Shown one piece after another: positions 1 to 10,162 of a DNA stretch of 47,989 nt. The DNA is taken from the IMG/VR virus record IMGVR_UViG_3300030372_003502, positions 1 through 47,989 of that record; one strand, written 5' to 3'. Numbering within the stretch: position 1 is the first letter of the stretch; the number at the start of each line of letters is the position of its first letter. The DNA comes from a virus (Duplodnaviria; Caudoviricetes). The notes beneath the pieces are model-generated. The model saw only the letters and a list, made by a program, of their open reading frames with translations, did not search any database and was not told the DNA's origin. Position numbers and translations under genes: made by a program.

Positions 1-180
1 ACAATATACTTGCCTCAAACTCTCTATTAACAGGAGATTCTCCACTTCTATCTACATAGGAAATATAAGGTATGTCTTGATATTGATTTTCACCTACTTT
101 TATTTGTTTCATTATTTTTGAAACATCTCCACCAGATAATGCTTTTTCAAAGCCCAATGGGTCTGCGCTAGTTACTCCAT
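1..180 (+). repeat. Terminal direct repeat, left copy (assembly circularisation overlap)
   Basis: 1..180 matches 47810..47989 except T38/C47847, C76/T47885, T103/C47912. Confidence 0.97.
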
Positions 181-466
181 ATTGTTCCATAAATGCTTTA
201 TTAAAATCTGCCAATTCATTAGCTGTAGAACCTTTACCTGTTAAATAGGGATTAGAGGTAGAAGGCTTTTTAGTTAATATACCCATTAATCCTCCATCTG
301 CAGCTTCAGAAAGCATGTTTAAATCTGCTAAATTAGCATCAGCAGCCATCATTTTTAAGTAATCATCAGTAGAGCGTAATCCAGATACAATACCTGTAGA
401 GCCACCTCCTTGACCACCAAATCCAGTAAAGCCACCGTAGTTTAACTGTCTTATAGGGTCTGCCAT
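1..466 (-). CDS. 5' part of a ~329-aa putative internal virion protein that spans the contig junction (continues to 47286)
   Basis: ATG at 466 overlaps upstream TAA (TAATG); open frame MADPIRQLNYGGFTGFGGQGGG... is in frame with ORF 47286..47966 through the terminal repeat. Confidence 0.85.
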   Translation of the reverse strand, partial: MADPIRQLNYGGFTGFGGQGGGSTGIVSGLRSTDDYLKMMAADANLADLNMLSEAADGGLMGILTKKPSTSNPYLTGKGSTANELADFNKAFMEQYGVTSADPLGFEKALSGGDVSKIMKQIKVGENQYQDIPYISYVDRSGESPVNREFEASIL

Positions 467-1170
467 TATTGTCCCATACCGTATTTTAATAATCCAGCAA
501 ATTGATTAGTCAAGTATTGAGGCATAAACTTACCAGCTTGTTGAGCCGCCATCGATGACTGCATTTTAGCTTGAGATAAAGCGTTTTCTAATTGTGCTTG
601 TTGGTTAAACAAACTAATACCTTTGTCTTGCCTTTGACCTAATTGGCCGCTATAACCTTTTAAAGCTTGTGCAACAGCATCTGTCATCATATTTTGATTC
701 ATCATTTGACCAACACTGCTACCATAAGTTCCAGTAGACCTATTAACATTTCTTTCTACTACATCTTGTAAATGAGATAATTCATCTCCTCTAATAGCGT
801 CCCTTTGTGCTTGATTCATAGCACTATTAGGGTCCATATAAGATTCAGCTAATTCGCCTGTTCTATCAACAGCTCCTTGTAAAGGTTGTAGTTGTTTATT
901 TAATCTATCGTATGTGCTTTGGCTATAAGCATATTTAGGGTCCATCATTGCACCAGAGGTTAGCATTCCTATTAAACCTAAATTAGCGGCTAAAGGGTTA
1001 GACCCTTCTACACCTTGTGTTAGTGCTGGATTGTTTAAAAAATTAAAACTTGTAGGGTTAAACTCACCACTACCAAACCCAAGCCTGTCCTTACCCCAGT
1101 TAGTAACACTCTGTACAGAATCTCTCCAACTTGGCACTTTTTTATCTAAATAACTTGACAGTACAGACAT
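466..1170 (-). CDS. Putative internal virion/ejection protein
   Basis: 234 aa, Gln/Met/Gly-rich, helical-looking; located between tail genes and the giant RNAP-like gene; AGGAG RBS. Confidence 0.6.
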   Translation of the reverse strand: MSVLSSYLDKKVPSWRDSVQSVTNWGKDRLGFGSGEFNPTSFNFLNNPALTQGVEGSNPLAANLGLIGMLTSGAMMDPKYAYSQSTYDRLNKQLQPLQGAVDRTGELAESYMDPNSAMNQAQRDAIRGDELSHLQDVVERNVNRSTGTYGSSVGQMMNQNMMTDAVAQALKGYSGQLGQRQDKGISLFNQQAQLENALSQAKMQSSMAAQQAGKFMPQYLTNQFAGLLKYGMGQ

Positions 1171-1181
1171 ACATTATCTCC

Positions 1182-1631
1182 TTAATATAAACTCATATTT
1201 TGTTGATTCTGACCTAGCATCATTTGCTGTAATTGTGCAGAGTCAGGAAAATTATTACTAAATTGTGTAGGTTGTGTATTAAACTGCTGAAAAGCAGGAT
1301 TAACAAACTGATACGGCATATTAGGTTGCTGTGCTATATCTGGGCTTTGTGGGTTTACCATATTTAATAAACCTCCTACATCAAGTCCTCCCAATTGACT
1401 TTTTAAATGTTTTTTACCATGATGCAGTAAAGCACTTTTAGCGCCTTCTTTAGTAAGTAGGCCACCCATAAAACCTGACTGACCAGTTCCTAAAGCTTTG
1501 CCTAAAAGACCTCCTACTCCTGGTATTAATGAAGCTGCACCTAATCCTAATAATGCAGTACCGTGCTTTTTAAACGTAAGCTTTTTGGCTGCTTTCTTTA
1601 ATTTTTTAGCTGCACTACTTAACCAACTCAT
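1182..1631 (-). CDS. Putative ejection/pilot protein
   Basis: 149 aa; basic N-terminus, then Gly/Leu hydrophobic segment (ALLGLGAASLIPGVGGLLG), Gln-rich tail, as in podovirus DNA-transfer proteins. Confidence 0.55.
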   Translation of the reverse strand: MSWLSSAAKKLKKAAKKLTFKKHGTALLGLGAASLIPGVGGLLGKALGTGQSGFMGGLLTKEGAKSALLHHGKKHLKSQLGGLDVGGLLNMVNPQSPDIAQQPNMPYQFVNPAFQQFNTQPTQFSNNFPDSAQLQQMMLGQNQQNMSLY

Positions 1632-1654
1632 AAAATAACCCTTTTCATCGTCCT

Positions 1655-1683
1655 AATATAAGAATTATTGTGCATTAATCCAA
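1655..1683 (-). promoter_or_regulatory. sigma70-like promoter TTGGAT-N17-TATATT ahead of ejection-protein/RNAP genes
   Basis: Identical hexamers and spacing to the element at 18487..18515; both followed by AGG. Confidence 0.65.
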
Positions 1684-1784
1684 TCAATAATTTCATTAAT
1701 CTTATCTATACAATTCTTTATAAGAGCACCTTCTTCAGTTGTTTCTAATAAAGCATCAGTATTATCATATTCTATTTTATCCAT
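1665..1784 (-). CDS. Small protein (39 aa), possible tail-fibre associated/chaperone
   Basis: Not in ORF track; TAATG-coupled to tail fibre gene; MDKIEYDNTD...KINEIIDWINAQ. Confidence 0.6.
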   Translation of the reverse strand: MDKIEYDNTDALLETTEEGALIKNCIDKINEIIDWINAQ

Positions 1785-3316
1785 TATACGTATACTCCTT
1801 TTAAATTCATACTAAACTCAAAATAATAATAAGTGCTTGTATCTGTTGTGGTTCTTCTTAATGCTGGTATAATAATATCTCCTGCCGATAAAGAAACAGA
1901 TAATCCAGTTTCTCCAATTTTATATAAAATATTTCCAGTAGCACTAACTGATTGAGTGCTTCCAATAGCGCTTAAAGTATAATTTCCAGCACTTCCATAA
2001 GTTACGCCAGTTCCTTTCAGCATACATAGTTCATAAGTTTGCGAGCTTGTAAAGTTGCCATAAAAATAATATTCAGTTAATGTTATATCGTCAGTGATAA
2101 CAAGGCAAGGATTATATGAGTCTAACCATGTTGTTCTTTTGGTTGAACTGGAAGATGTACTGCTCCAATTAACAGAGTTCATTCCATAAACTGTCGATGG
2201 ATAATACCAATTATCATATCTAGTATAAAACCTAGCGTTTTGATGATACCTCCACCTATTATCTACAGTTGCACCATTGTTTGTTAGCTGAACATTATTA
2301 CCAACATCATCTCTAAAATAAAGATTATTAGGCGTATCATTCTTTACCCATAATTGCCCGTATTCTTGCTCAATACCTGGACTACTAGCAGCTTCTTTTA
2401 AATTTAAAGTAGAATGATATATAAATCCAGTCTCACTTCCATTAGGTTTAAAAATAATATGCTTACCACTTGCACTAGTATCTCTGCCGTCAAGAATAAC
2501 AGTTTCTCTGCAATCTATTGTAGCATGTCCATCAACAGTAAAGGTTAAATTAGCTGCACCACCTGCAGTATCGTGAGTTGTTAAAGTTGTTGCTCCATGC
2601 TCTTCAACATCTAATTTCATATAATCATCTGAAGATGAACCACCTTGCTCATACATTGTAAGTCTACTATAACTTCCATCTTCTGCTGCAAATGATGCAA
2701 ATGTAGTACCTCCAACATTGCATTGTATTGAGTCTGTTGCACCATCTTCTACAGCAAATTTAATTTTACCGTCAGGAGAAAATGTTAAATGACCTTCGGC
2801 TCCATCGGAATCGTATGTTGAAAATAAAGTTTCCCCGTTTGATGTTACAGTAATTCTCATATAGTCATCAGTGTCACCATTTTTATAAAAGAAATATCTC
2901 CCATTTCCTGAGTCTAAATATATACCTTGTGAAGAATCAAGAGTAATACTTTCTGTAGAGTTTAGCTTTATTTTTTTACCAGAATGTAATTCTAGATTTT
3001 GTTTGCCATATATTACATTATTAATATTTAAGCGACCATTGCTATCTATTTTAGGCGAATTTTTGTATAAATTACCTTTGCCTTGAGCTTGTGCTGTTAC
3101 TGATGCCCAACCTGCGCTTGTCTTTCCTTCTATTCTAAAATTATCTTTCCCTTCATATATTGCCCTTACAGAGCCTTCTAATGCCTCATTTCCGTAGTTT
3201 TGTGCGTTAGCCGATATAGATGTTAGAAGTTTATTAACTTGACGATATAACTCATCTATAGCTATTTTAGTAGCATTGTCTTGTATAATAGGTGGCTTTA
3301 ATACAGACTTAGACAT
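1784..3316 (-). CDS. Putative tail fibre/spike protein
   Basis: 510 aa; N-terminal coiled-coil anchor, Gly/Ser/Thr/Asp-rich beta-type repeats, GQLWVK...LYFRDD segment typical of fibres, C-terminal aromatic-rich domain. Confidence 0.7.
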   Translation of the reverse strand: MSKSVLKPPIIQDNATKIAIDELYRQVNKLLTSISANAQNYGNEALEGSVRAIYEGKDNFRIEGKTSAGWASVTAQAQGKGNLYKNSPKIDSNGRLNINNVIYGKQNLELHSGKKIKLNSTESITLDSSQGIYLDSGNGRYFFYKNGDTDDYMRITVTSNGETLFSTYDSDGAEGHLTFSPDGKIKFAVEDGATDSIQCNVGGTTFASFAAEDGSYSRLTMYEQGGSSSDDYMKLDVEEHGATTLTTHDTAGGAANLTFTVDGHATIDCRETVILDGRDTSASGKHIIFKPNGSETGFIYHSTLNLKEAASSPGIEQEYGQLWVKNDTPNNLYFRDDVGNNVQLTNNGATVDNRWRYHQNARFYTRYDNWYYPSTVYGMNSVNWSSTSSSSTKRTTWLDSYNPCLVITDDITLTEYYFYGNFTSSQTYELCMLKGTGVTYGSAGNYTLSAIGSTQSVSATGNILYKIGETGLSVSLSAGDIIIPALRRTTTDTSTYYYFEFSMNLKGVYV

Positions 3317-6300
3317 TACCTAACTTTCATTCCTCTGTAGATAATTCCTATTGAATATATTTGTTTTTCATCATTTCCTGCTAAAGATATCTGTATCTTC
3401 CTACCTTTTTTATTAGTAGTTATTTTCCATTCATTTGTACCAGCAGATACTAATGTGCAGGTAGCTCCATCTACTTTTACTGTAGGAGCAGAAGAAAGAG
3501 CAGCATCAGCTTCTATCTTGACTTTCTTAAACCTTTTGTCATTAGTATCTTGACCTAATGTAAAATCTTTAGACTCCCATGTTATCTGACCGTAATCAGA
3601 ACTACCTTCTATTTCTACAAGCTTACTTGAGGCATCTGTTGCTAAATCACCCTTACCTTGCAATCCTGTAAAAGCGTAAATATCTCCACCTAATTTAGAT
3701 ATATGCAACAAACTATTCTCTAAGTTTTGAGCATCAAAAGTATTGCTAGCGTTTTTAATACTAACATATCTGTAGTCCCATCTTTGTTTTAATACATGAT
3801 AGGTAAATACTCTAGAAGTACCTGAAGCCAATGTGGTTACAATCATAAGCAAGTTTAATTTAGATGAAAAATACATTTTTATCTTATGAGAGCCTGTATT
3901 ATGTAATGTCCAACTTTGACTATTGCCCGTATCTATTGGATAACTTATTATTTCTACAGAACCTCCTGTGTATTTGTATATATGATTTCTATCTGCAAAA
4001 AATAAACCATACTCTGTTTCTACAACACAATCTTTATTTATACAGCCAAATCCTTGTATTTCATCTATAATCTGATTAGTATTAACATCTATTTTGTAAA
4101 TCTTATTTAATGAAAATACAAGCAATACTCCATTGTAATATTTTAATGCTGTAATATCATCATCTAGGTCCATTCTGTCATTCTGTATGTCAAATTGACT
4201 ATATTTACCTTCTTTAGACCATGCTAATGAGTTGTTACCTTCAGGTAATAAAGAATGTCTAAAACCTGCTACATAAAGTTTATTGCCTCCACTACAAGAT
4301 ATAATATAATTTACATTTGTATTAACAACGGTTTCAGATATTCCAGACCAATCTTTATATATTTCATTGGAACCGTCAAATCCATCTACAATTTCTCTTT
4401 CATAATATTCTCCAGAAGCATCATCTACTTTAGACCATCCAGCACCTGTTTGTAATTTTAATCTAGCAACTTTTCTATAAGCCTCACCTGTAGTATCGTT
4501 TTCTATTAATCCTCTTCTCCAAACTAATACAGCTGATATTCTAGAAGATAGGTTAAACGGTATTCTTATTTTTATCTTTATATTTTTAAATTTATCCGAT
4601 GAAGAAGTATTTGTATATACATAAGTACTTGTGGTTAATGGCGAATCTTGGAATCCATCATACTCATAAGACAATTTATAGTACCTAGATACTTCTGGTG
4701 GAAAATTAGGGTAATCTCCATCGTTATCCACACCATCAACATGAGCTTCTCCATTTTCAAACTCAACACTAGTTTTTTTAGTGTATTCATATAATCTATT
4801 AAGATACTGCCTATATCTAAAATTAGGTCCAAATAAAGTTGCATACCCAAAACTATCTAATTTTCCATAATCATTTGCAGATTCTGCCTGAACTATGCTT
4901 GTTAAACTGCCGTAATACATATTATTTTTACCACCTTTATTAAAATAAGTAAAATAGTAATCACTGGCTAAATATTGACTTCTTCTGCCTTCATCACTAG
5001 CTCCTGTGCCATCGCTTAAAGCTGCAGCTCCTTTTGGCCAAACATATGCTACAGTAAGATTATTAATATCATCAACATCAACATTAGTAGGAGTCATATC
5101 ATTTGCCCCTTCAGGTGCATAAATATAGCCGTATTTAGTAATAGTACCGTTTTCTGGAGGATGGCCTGAAACTGAAACATTTTCCCAGGGGCCGTAAGAA
5201 TGTATAACAAAACCTTTTTGCAAACTTTCGCTTCTTAATATTATAGCTTGATTATCTGCAATACTATGTTCTGCTTCTGTAAATATATTAGAAACAGTTG
5301 TTGCACTAGAGCCATTATACCATGCTTTTCTAAAAAATCCATTTGTATCAAAATAAGATATAACTCCTGGGCCATTTGGCAATACTTCATTAGGTGCCTC
5401 TGGTGTACCACTATGTAAGCCTGAATGACCAGAAAGAGCTTCTACGGTTAAACTGCTATTGTTGGTAACATCTTGCGAGCTACCTCCTCCATTAGACTGT
5501 ACTATTGCATTTTCATTTATAGTATTTGTCTCATCTGCATCAGTACCGCCACTATTTCCTATAATAAAACCACTTCCAGATGTGCCTGTGTGGTTAGCGT
5601 ATCCTGCAAGACCTGTTTCTGCATCATCTATAATAGTAACTTCATTTCCATGTGCATTAGTAATATTGTCAATAGTATCTGCTTGTTCTACTGTTGTGTT
5701 TAGCCTTACAGCTAAGCCTTTTACTGTACCAGTTGAATTTCCATCATCATCTACTGAATTATATGTTATAAATAAGCCGCTAAACCTAGAGTCCCTATCG
5801 TTGTATGTTTGAAACCCATTATAAGAAGTAAGGGCTGTGTTTCTTGCAATAGAAGTTATGCCAGAACTAGGTATAGTGTCGCTTAATACTTTTATTTGCC
5901 TAACTACTTTATCTGCTTTATCAAAACCCAATGTACTTAATGGAATATCGTCTAAATGATTAGCATCATTTCCTTTGTTTGAGCCAGTTGCAATATATCC
6001 AAAAGAATTACTTCTAACGTAATGAGCTCCATAATTAGCTATGTCTGCATTTGTTATCCATAAAAAGCTTTTTCCTGCCATACCAATTAATCTAAGCCCT
6101 TTTGTAACTTCATGGTCTGCTGCAGTGTCAGCAACTTGATTGTCATGATGAGTCATCCACATATCTTCTAAAAAAACAGGGCTTGTAGTATCGCTCATTT
6201 TTACAACACAACCAACAACATGGTCAACTCCATCATAGAGGTCTGATAAATCGACTAGACTATAAGGCATTGGTTTAAAATTTCCCCACCTATTTTCACC

Positions 6301-8334
6301 GTTTAACTGATAAACATTATTAGCTAGGCTTATACTAGAACTTACCGTTGCATTATGTCCAAAAAGAGTTCCAGTTCTACAATCTGTAAAATCATACTGA
6401 AATGTACCTTTCATACATGCATGGTCAGTAGGTGCACTTGATTGGGGCTGAGAGAAAAAATTAGAGCTATATGGGGTGCTATACCAATAACTTCCACCAT
6501 GAACTAAACTAAAATACCTTTCCTCACCGTCATCAAAATCAGTTGCTGTTTCAAAAATAAGATGTTTAGATGAGCTTTGTTTTCCATCTGGACTAGCTGG
6601 TTCTGTATATCCACCAGAAGCTCCTGGAGCAGACCTTTTTATTGTACTTATATAAAAATTAGCACTTGCCGAATCTCCTGTTTGCCCAGAAGTAGAAGTG
6701 TTTCTTCCTGCGAGTTTAAAAAAATTAGTATGCGTAACATCTGTATGGTTTGCACCGCCTACGTCATATTGAAGAACATTTCTTGCAGAAGCCATATCAT
6801 TTATATGAGACATTGGCATAGATTTATCGTTAAAATAAGTAGTTACAGTAGTTCCATCTTGCAAATCTCCATCTATATTGCTATAGCTACACCAAATAAA
6901 CCTGTGTAAAAGCATTTGCTCTTCTTCTAACATATTAGCTGTTCTAAACCACTCGTTTCTTTCACTCTCCCCTTGAGGGCTAGCTAATATCCATAATTTA
7001 CCGTTTCCAGAGCTATCTACTGTTTCTAATATATCAGAAACTTGGGGTATTGGATTTGGATAATCGGCTCCACTAGTGTTACTATGCAAACCACCATTAT
7101 ATATAGGCTCAGATGGATAACCGCTATTATGGTCTTGCCCCCAATGACAATCATGACTATGTTTAAAAGTTAAAGGTATTCCTATAGGAAATTCTGCATT
7201 ACTGCTTAAATTAATAGGGTTTGTATCTTGAAAGTCAAATATTTCATAACAATGTATCTTACCAGGTTTTGTTGCAAATTTAGTTAAATCATCTATTTCC
7301 TCATATAGCCAAACTCTAGCGTCAGTTTTACAAGAAACTACCTTAGCTATAGCTGTAATAGAAAAACCTATATTTATAGACCTATTAACAAAACCTGAGT
7401 CTCCATCTATTATATATATGTATTCTTCGCCTTTTGTAAATGCTACATGAAATACACCTGTTTCATTATCAATTAAAGGGAGCTTTGTTGTAGCGGTAGA
7501 CGAGTCTGTAGTAGTATACTGGTAAGTTATTATTTTATCATAAGAACTATTACCAGCTCCAAAATCAGGAGATAAAAGCTCTGCATCTTCTAGTATAAAT
7601 CCTTTTTTAGCTTTCAAGGCTAAATCTCCTACCTTGCCCATCCATTTAGATTTAGTACCAGGCCCAGTGCCTATATAGTAAGAAGCTCCTTTTCTTACAG
7701 CAGATATTGTATCAGAATGATTTATTGAAAAGGGAAAGTTTGTAAAATCGTCACTAATTAATGTTGAATTTATACCACCACCAAGAGTTCCTGATTCATG
7801 GGTTTGTATATCTTCTATACCATTTATACTTCCTTCTTGGTCAAATATGATAACATTTTCTATATCTTCATCAACATCTTTTACATATGCAACTAACTCC
7901 ATAGGAGTAGGTATTTTATATACAATACTATCAACAGCAATTTCAACAGGATTGCCTACATCAAAAGTTCCATATCGACTAGTACCAGTAGAAACAGTTT
8001 TTGTTGCAGAGTTTACTCCTGTTACTTGCCAAGCATAAGCACCTATTGATATCCAGTCTCCTCTAGTTAAAGAACTTACATCGCTTAACACCATAGAACT
8101 ATTTACATTATTAAATGCAGTCGTTACTACTATACCTGTGTCAACTTTATACTTTGCATAGTCTCCACTACCACCTTTATATCTATCTTGAGGAGTACCT
8201 CTTAATATACCATTGGGTGCATTAGAATCTATACCTCTAGAAAATGAAGCAGCTTCATCAGCAACCTCTCTAGTATCTGCATTGTATATATTACCAATAT
8301 TAAAGTTTCTTATTTCTTTTAACTGTCTAGGCAT
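3316..8334 (-). CDS. Tail nozzle/stabilisation-like protein (P22 gp10/T7 gp12 type ends) with very large insertion
   Basis: 1672 aa; C-terminal WESKDFTLG..KRFKKVKI..GRKIQISL..IYSIGIIYR and beta-propeller-like strands typical of podovirus nozzles. Confidence 0.7.
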   Translation of the reverse strand: MPRQLKEIRNFNIGNIYNADTREVADEAASFSRGIDSNAPNGILRGTPQDRYKGGSGDYAKYKVDTGIVVTTAFNNVNSSMVLSDVSSLTRGDWISIGAYAWQVTGVNSATKTVSTGTSRYGTFDVGNPVEIAVDSIVYKIPTPMELVAYVKDVDEDIENVIIFDQEGSINGIEDIQTHESGTLGGGINSTLISDDFTNFPFSINHSDTISAVRKGASYYIGTGPGTKSKWMGKVGDLALKAKKGFILEDAELLSPDFGAGNSSYDKIITYQYTTTDSSTATTKLPLIDNETGVFHVAFTKGEEYIYIIDGDSGFVNRSINIGFSITAIAKVVSCKTDARVWLYEEIDDLTKFATKPGKIHCYEIFDFQDTNPINLSSNAEFPIGIPLTFKHSHDCHWGQDHNSGYPSEPIYNGGLHSNTSGADYPNPIPQVSDILETVDSSGNGKLWILASPQGESERNEWFRTANMLEEEQMLLHRFIWCSYSNIDGDLQDGTTVTTYFNDKSMPMSHINDMASARNVLQYDVGGANHTDVTHTNFFKLAGRNTSTSGQTGDSASANFYISTIKRSAPGASGGYTEPASPDGKQSSSKHLIFETATDFDDGEERYFSLVHGGSYWYSTPYSSNFFSQPQSSAPTDHACMKGTFQYDFTDCRTGTLFGHNATVSSSISLANNVYQLNGENRWGNFKPMPYSLVDLSDLYDGVDHVVGCVVKMSDTTSPVFLEDMWMTHHDNQVADTAADHEVTKGLRLIGMAGKSFLWITNADIANYGAHYVRSNSFGYIATGSNKGNDANHLDDIPLSTLGFDKADKVVRQIKVLSDTIPSSGITSIARNTALTSYNGFQTYNDRDSRFSGLFITYNSVDDDGNSTGTVKGLAVRLNTTVEQADTIDNITNAHGNEVTIIDDAETGLAGYANHTGTSGSGFIIGNSGGTDADETNTINENAIVQSNGGGSSQDVTNNSSLTVEALSGHSGLHSGTPEAPNEVLPNGPGVISYFDTNGFFRKAWYNGSSATTVSNIFTEAEHSIADNQAIILRSESLQKGFVIHSYGPWENVSVSGHPPENGTITKYGYIYAPEGANDMTPTNVDVDDINNLTVAYVWPKGAAALSDGTGASDEGRRSQYLASDYYFTYFNKGGKNNMYYGSLTSIVQAESANDYGKLDSFGYATLFGPNFRYRQYLNRLYEYTKKTSVEFENGEAHVDGVDNDGDYPNFPPEVSRYYKLSYEYDGFQDSPLTTSTYVYTNTSSSDKFKNIKIKIRIPFNLSSRISAVLVWRRGLIENDTTGEAYRKVARLKLQTGAGWSKVDDASGEYYEREIVDGFDGSNEIYKDWSGISETVVNTNVNYIISCSGGNKLYVAGFRHSLLPEGNNSLAWSKEGKYSQFDIQNDRMDLDDDITALKYYNGVLLVFSLNKIYKIDVNTNQIIDEIQGFGCINKDCVVETEYGLFFADRNHIYKYTGGSVEIISYPIDTGNSQSWTLHNTGSHKIKMYFSSKLNLLMIVTTLASGTSRVFTYHVLKQRWDYRYVSIKNASNTFDAQNLENSLLHISKLGGDIYAFTGLQGKGDLATDASSKLVEIEGSSDYGQITWESKDFTLGQDTNDKRFKKVKIEADAALSSAPTVKVDGATCTLVSAGTNEWKITTNKKGRKIQISLAGNDEKQIYSIGIIYRGMKVR

Positions 8335-8485
8335 CCTCTATTTTCCTTTTTAAATCATATAACATGCTACGCAAAGTCCTAACCTCTGTTTCTAATCTAC
8401 GAATCTTAGCAGCATCAGGATTCATTCCTAACTTCTGCTGTATAATTCTTTCTATCTGTCCTATTAATGCTTTTTTAATTATCAT
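8327..8485 (-). CDS. Hypothetical protein (52 aa, coiled coil)
   Basis: Not in ORF track; ATGA-coupled to upstream gene, fills gap before nozzle gene. Confidence 0.55.
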   Translation of the reverse strand: MIIKKALIGQIERIIQQKLGMNPDAAKIRRLETEVRTLRSMLYDLKRKIEDA

Positions 8486-8655
8486 TTTCCTGCTAATTTC
8501 ATGGCTATTTGATGAGCTTGAGTAAAAGTTTTTCCGCTCAAAATAGCTTGCATCATTATCTTTATATGATTAGGGCTGTGATGAACTGAATGCCTTTTCA
8601 TAGCATCTTGTTCTCTTGGACTTAATTTACTTACATCTACACCTTTTATTTTCAT
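8482..8655 (-). CDS. Small His-rich hypothetical phage protein
   Basis: Likely start MKIKGVDV at 8655 (TAATG overlap); HSVHHSPNH...FTQAH motif. Confidence 0.65.
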   Translation of the reverse strand: MKIKGVDVSKLSPREQDAMKRHSVHHSPNHIKIMMQAILSGKTFTQAHQIAMKLAGK

Positions 8656-9020
8656 TATTTTTCCTTCCATTTACTTAAATCTAACATTTGAAGAGGCTTT
8701 TCTATTATCTGGTCTTTTAGCTTATCGTTTTGTATTTGTATCTTAGTTCCGCCTTTTACATAAGGCTCACCATTAGCTATACCTATATCATAAGCAAAGA
8801 ATGTCGTCTTCCACATGCCCACTCGTACTATTCTGGCAGGACGACCATTCAATATTACTACATCGTCTGTATTCAGGTCTTTTCCTAGAAATACTTTTAT
8901 ACTCTCTACCAGTGACTCTATAGTCGACTTCATTAGTAGAAGTACTACACCAGATAGGATAAAGTACATGATATACCCTAGTATTCCCTCTGCTTGACTC
9001 TGTAGTTCTTGTTCGTTCAT
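8655..9020 (-). CDS. Minimal MscS-like membrane protein (TM helix + beta domain)
   Basis: N-terminal hydrophobic helix then DDVVILNGRPARIVRVGMWKTTF...IQIQNDKL resembling the MscS middle beta domain. Confidence 0.55.
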   Translation of the reverse strand: MNEQELQSQAEGILGYIMYFILSGVVLLLMKSTIESLVESIKVFLGKDLNTDDVVILNGRPARIVRVGMWKTTFFAYDIGIANGEPYVKGGTKIQIQNDKLKDQIIEKPLQMLDLSKWKEK

Positions 9021-9022
9021 TT

Positions 9023-9802
9023 TTAGTTACCATCTATATATTTACCCCACACAGATGTTCGCCCATCAATTATCTCTACTACTTCAACCTTGAAATCGCC
9101 ATTAGCAAACCAGTCTACTATAGCAAATGCATGGTTCCAATTGTGCAAGTTGCCTCTTAACCATTTATTCTTATCAGAACTCATATCTTTTAAGCATCCC
9201 ATGCTCCAAGCACTTTGAGTTCCTCCTAAGCCAGTATCGGTAAATCTCTGTAGGTCATGTGTATGTCCATACATTATATTCTCTTTATAAGAAGATAAAT
9301 GCTTTTTAGCATGGTGTATAGGCACATAATCACCGTGTGTAAAGTTTAACTTGCCTATCTTTAACTTCTTATGAGAAATATATTCCCAATACTTATACTT
9401 TCTTTCTTTTAACTTTAAAGCTTTCTTAGTTTCATATTGAGGTAGGTAAGGATGCTTAGTTACAAACTTGTCTAACCATACTTCGTGGTTACCTTGTATA
9501 AAATGTCTTTGTTTGCATTTAGCTTTATCCAAAGACGCATCTATAATATCCATACCTTCATTAACTAATTCAACTTCTCTGTCTAGCATTGGAATCAAAA
9601 CCTCCAAAGGTGGTTTCTCTCTATCTTTCCAATAATGACTACTAAACATTTCCCATTCTCCAGTATCGCCTAAATCTATATAAATATTAGGCTTAACCAA
9701 CTCGATTGCCTTACAGACCACTTTTATTGCTGTATAGTCTGCTAGTGGAAAGTGCTTATCTGGAGTGACAATAGCACGTTTCACTACGCCTTTTCTAGCC
9801 AT
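9023..9802 (-). CDS. Calcineurin-like metallophosphoesterase
   Basis: Motifs DKH, DLGD, GNHE, HG, GHTH in canonical order. Confidence 0.9.
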   Translation of the reverse strand: MARKGVVKRAIVTPDKHFPLADYTAIKVVCKAIELVKPNIYIDLGDTGEWEMFSSHYWKDREKPPLEVLIPMLDREVELVNEGMDIIDASLDKAKCKQRHFIQGNHEVWLDKFVTKHPYLPQYETKKALKLKERKYKYWEYISHKKLKIGKLNFTHGDYVPIHHAKKHLSSYKENIMYGHTHDLQRFTDTGLGGTQSAWSMGCLKDMSSDKNKWLRGNLHNWNHAFAIVDWFANGDFKVEVVEIIDGRTSVWGKYIDGN

Positions 9803-9809
9803 ACTTCTC

Positions 9810-10154
9810 CTAGTTAAATTCCTCTTTAGGGTAATAACCCCAGTCTTCTGGGCAAGTGTATGTATCCTTTACTAATTCGAGGAACTTATTGGTTTTGTCT
9901 TTAGTAAATCTAAGATATCTTTCATCACACTTCATACATTGCCATATTAAGCTGTCTTCATAGGCTCCTAGTACTAAAACACCCATTACAGCTTCACTAT
10001 TGCAACAAGGGCAAGTCTCTGGTTTAGTTGCAAATCTTTTTGACCCTAGTATGCCTAATTTAGAAACCATATCAGGTTTATTAGGAAAACATACTAAATC
10101 GCCACATATCGTAAGCAAAGGCTCATTTCCATGTGGCGAAGCATCGTTAGGCAT
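9810..10154 (-). CDS. Zn-ribbon hypothetical protein
   Basis: CPCC...CMKC pairs; probable start MPNDASP at 10154 (ORF track extends to 10190). Confidence 0.65.
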   Translation of the reverse strand: MPNDASPHGNEPLLTICGDLVCFPNKPDMVSKLGILGSKRFATKPETCPCCNSEAVMGVLVLGAYEDSLIWQCMKCDERYLRFTKDKTNKFLELVKDTYTCPEDWGYYPKEEFN

Positions 10155-10162
10155 TATAAATC

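Noticed and set aside
1-180. Diversity-generating retroelement TR/VR pair suggested by A/G differences between the terminal copies
   Set aside because: No reverse transcriptase seen, changes are not unidirectional from A, and the copies are the contig overlap
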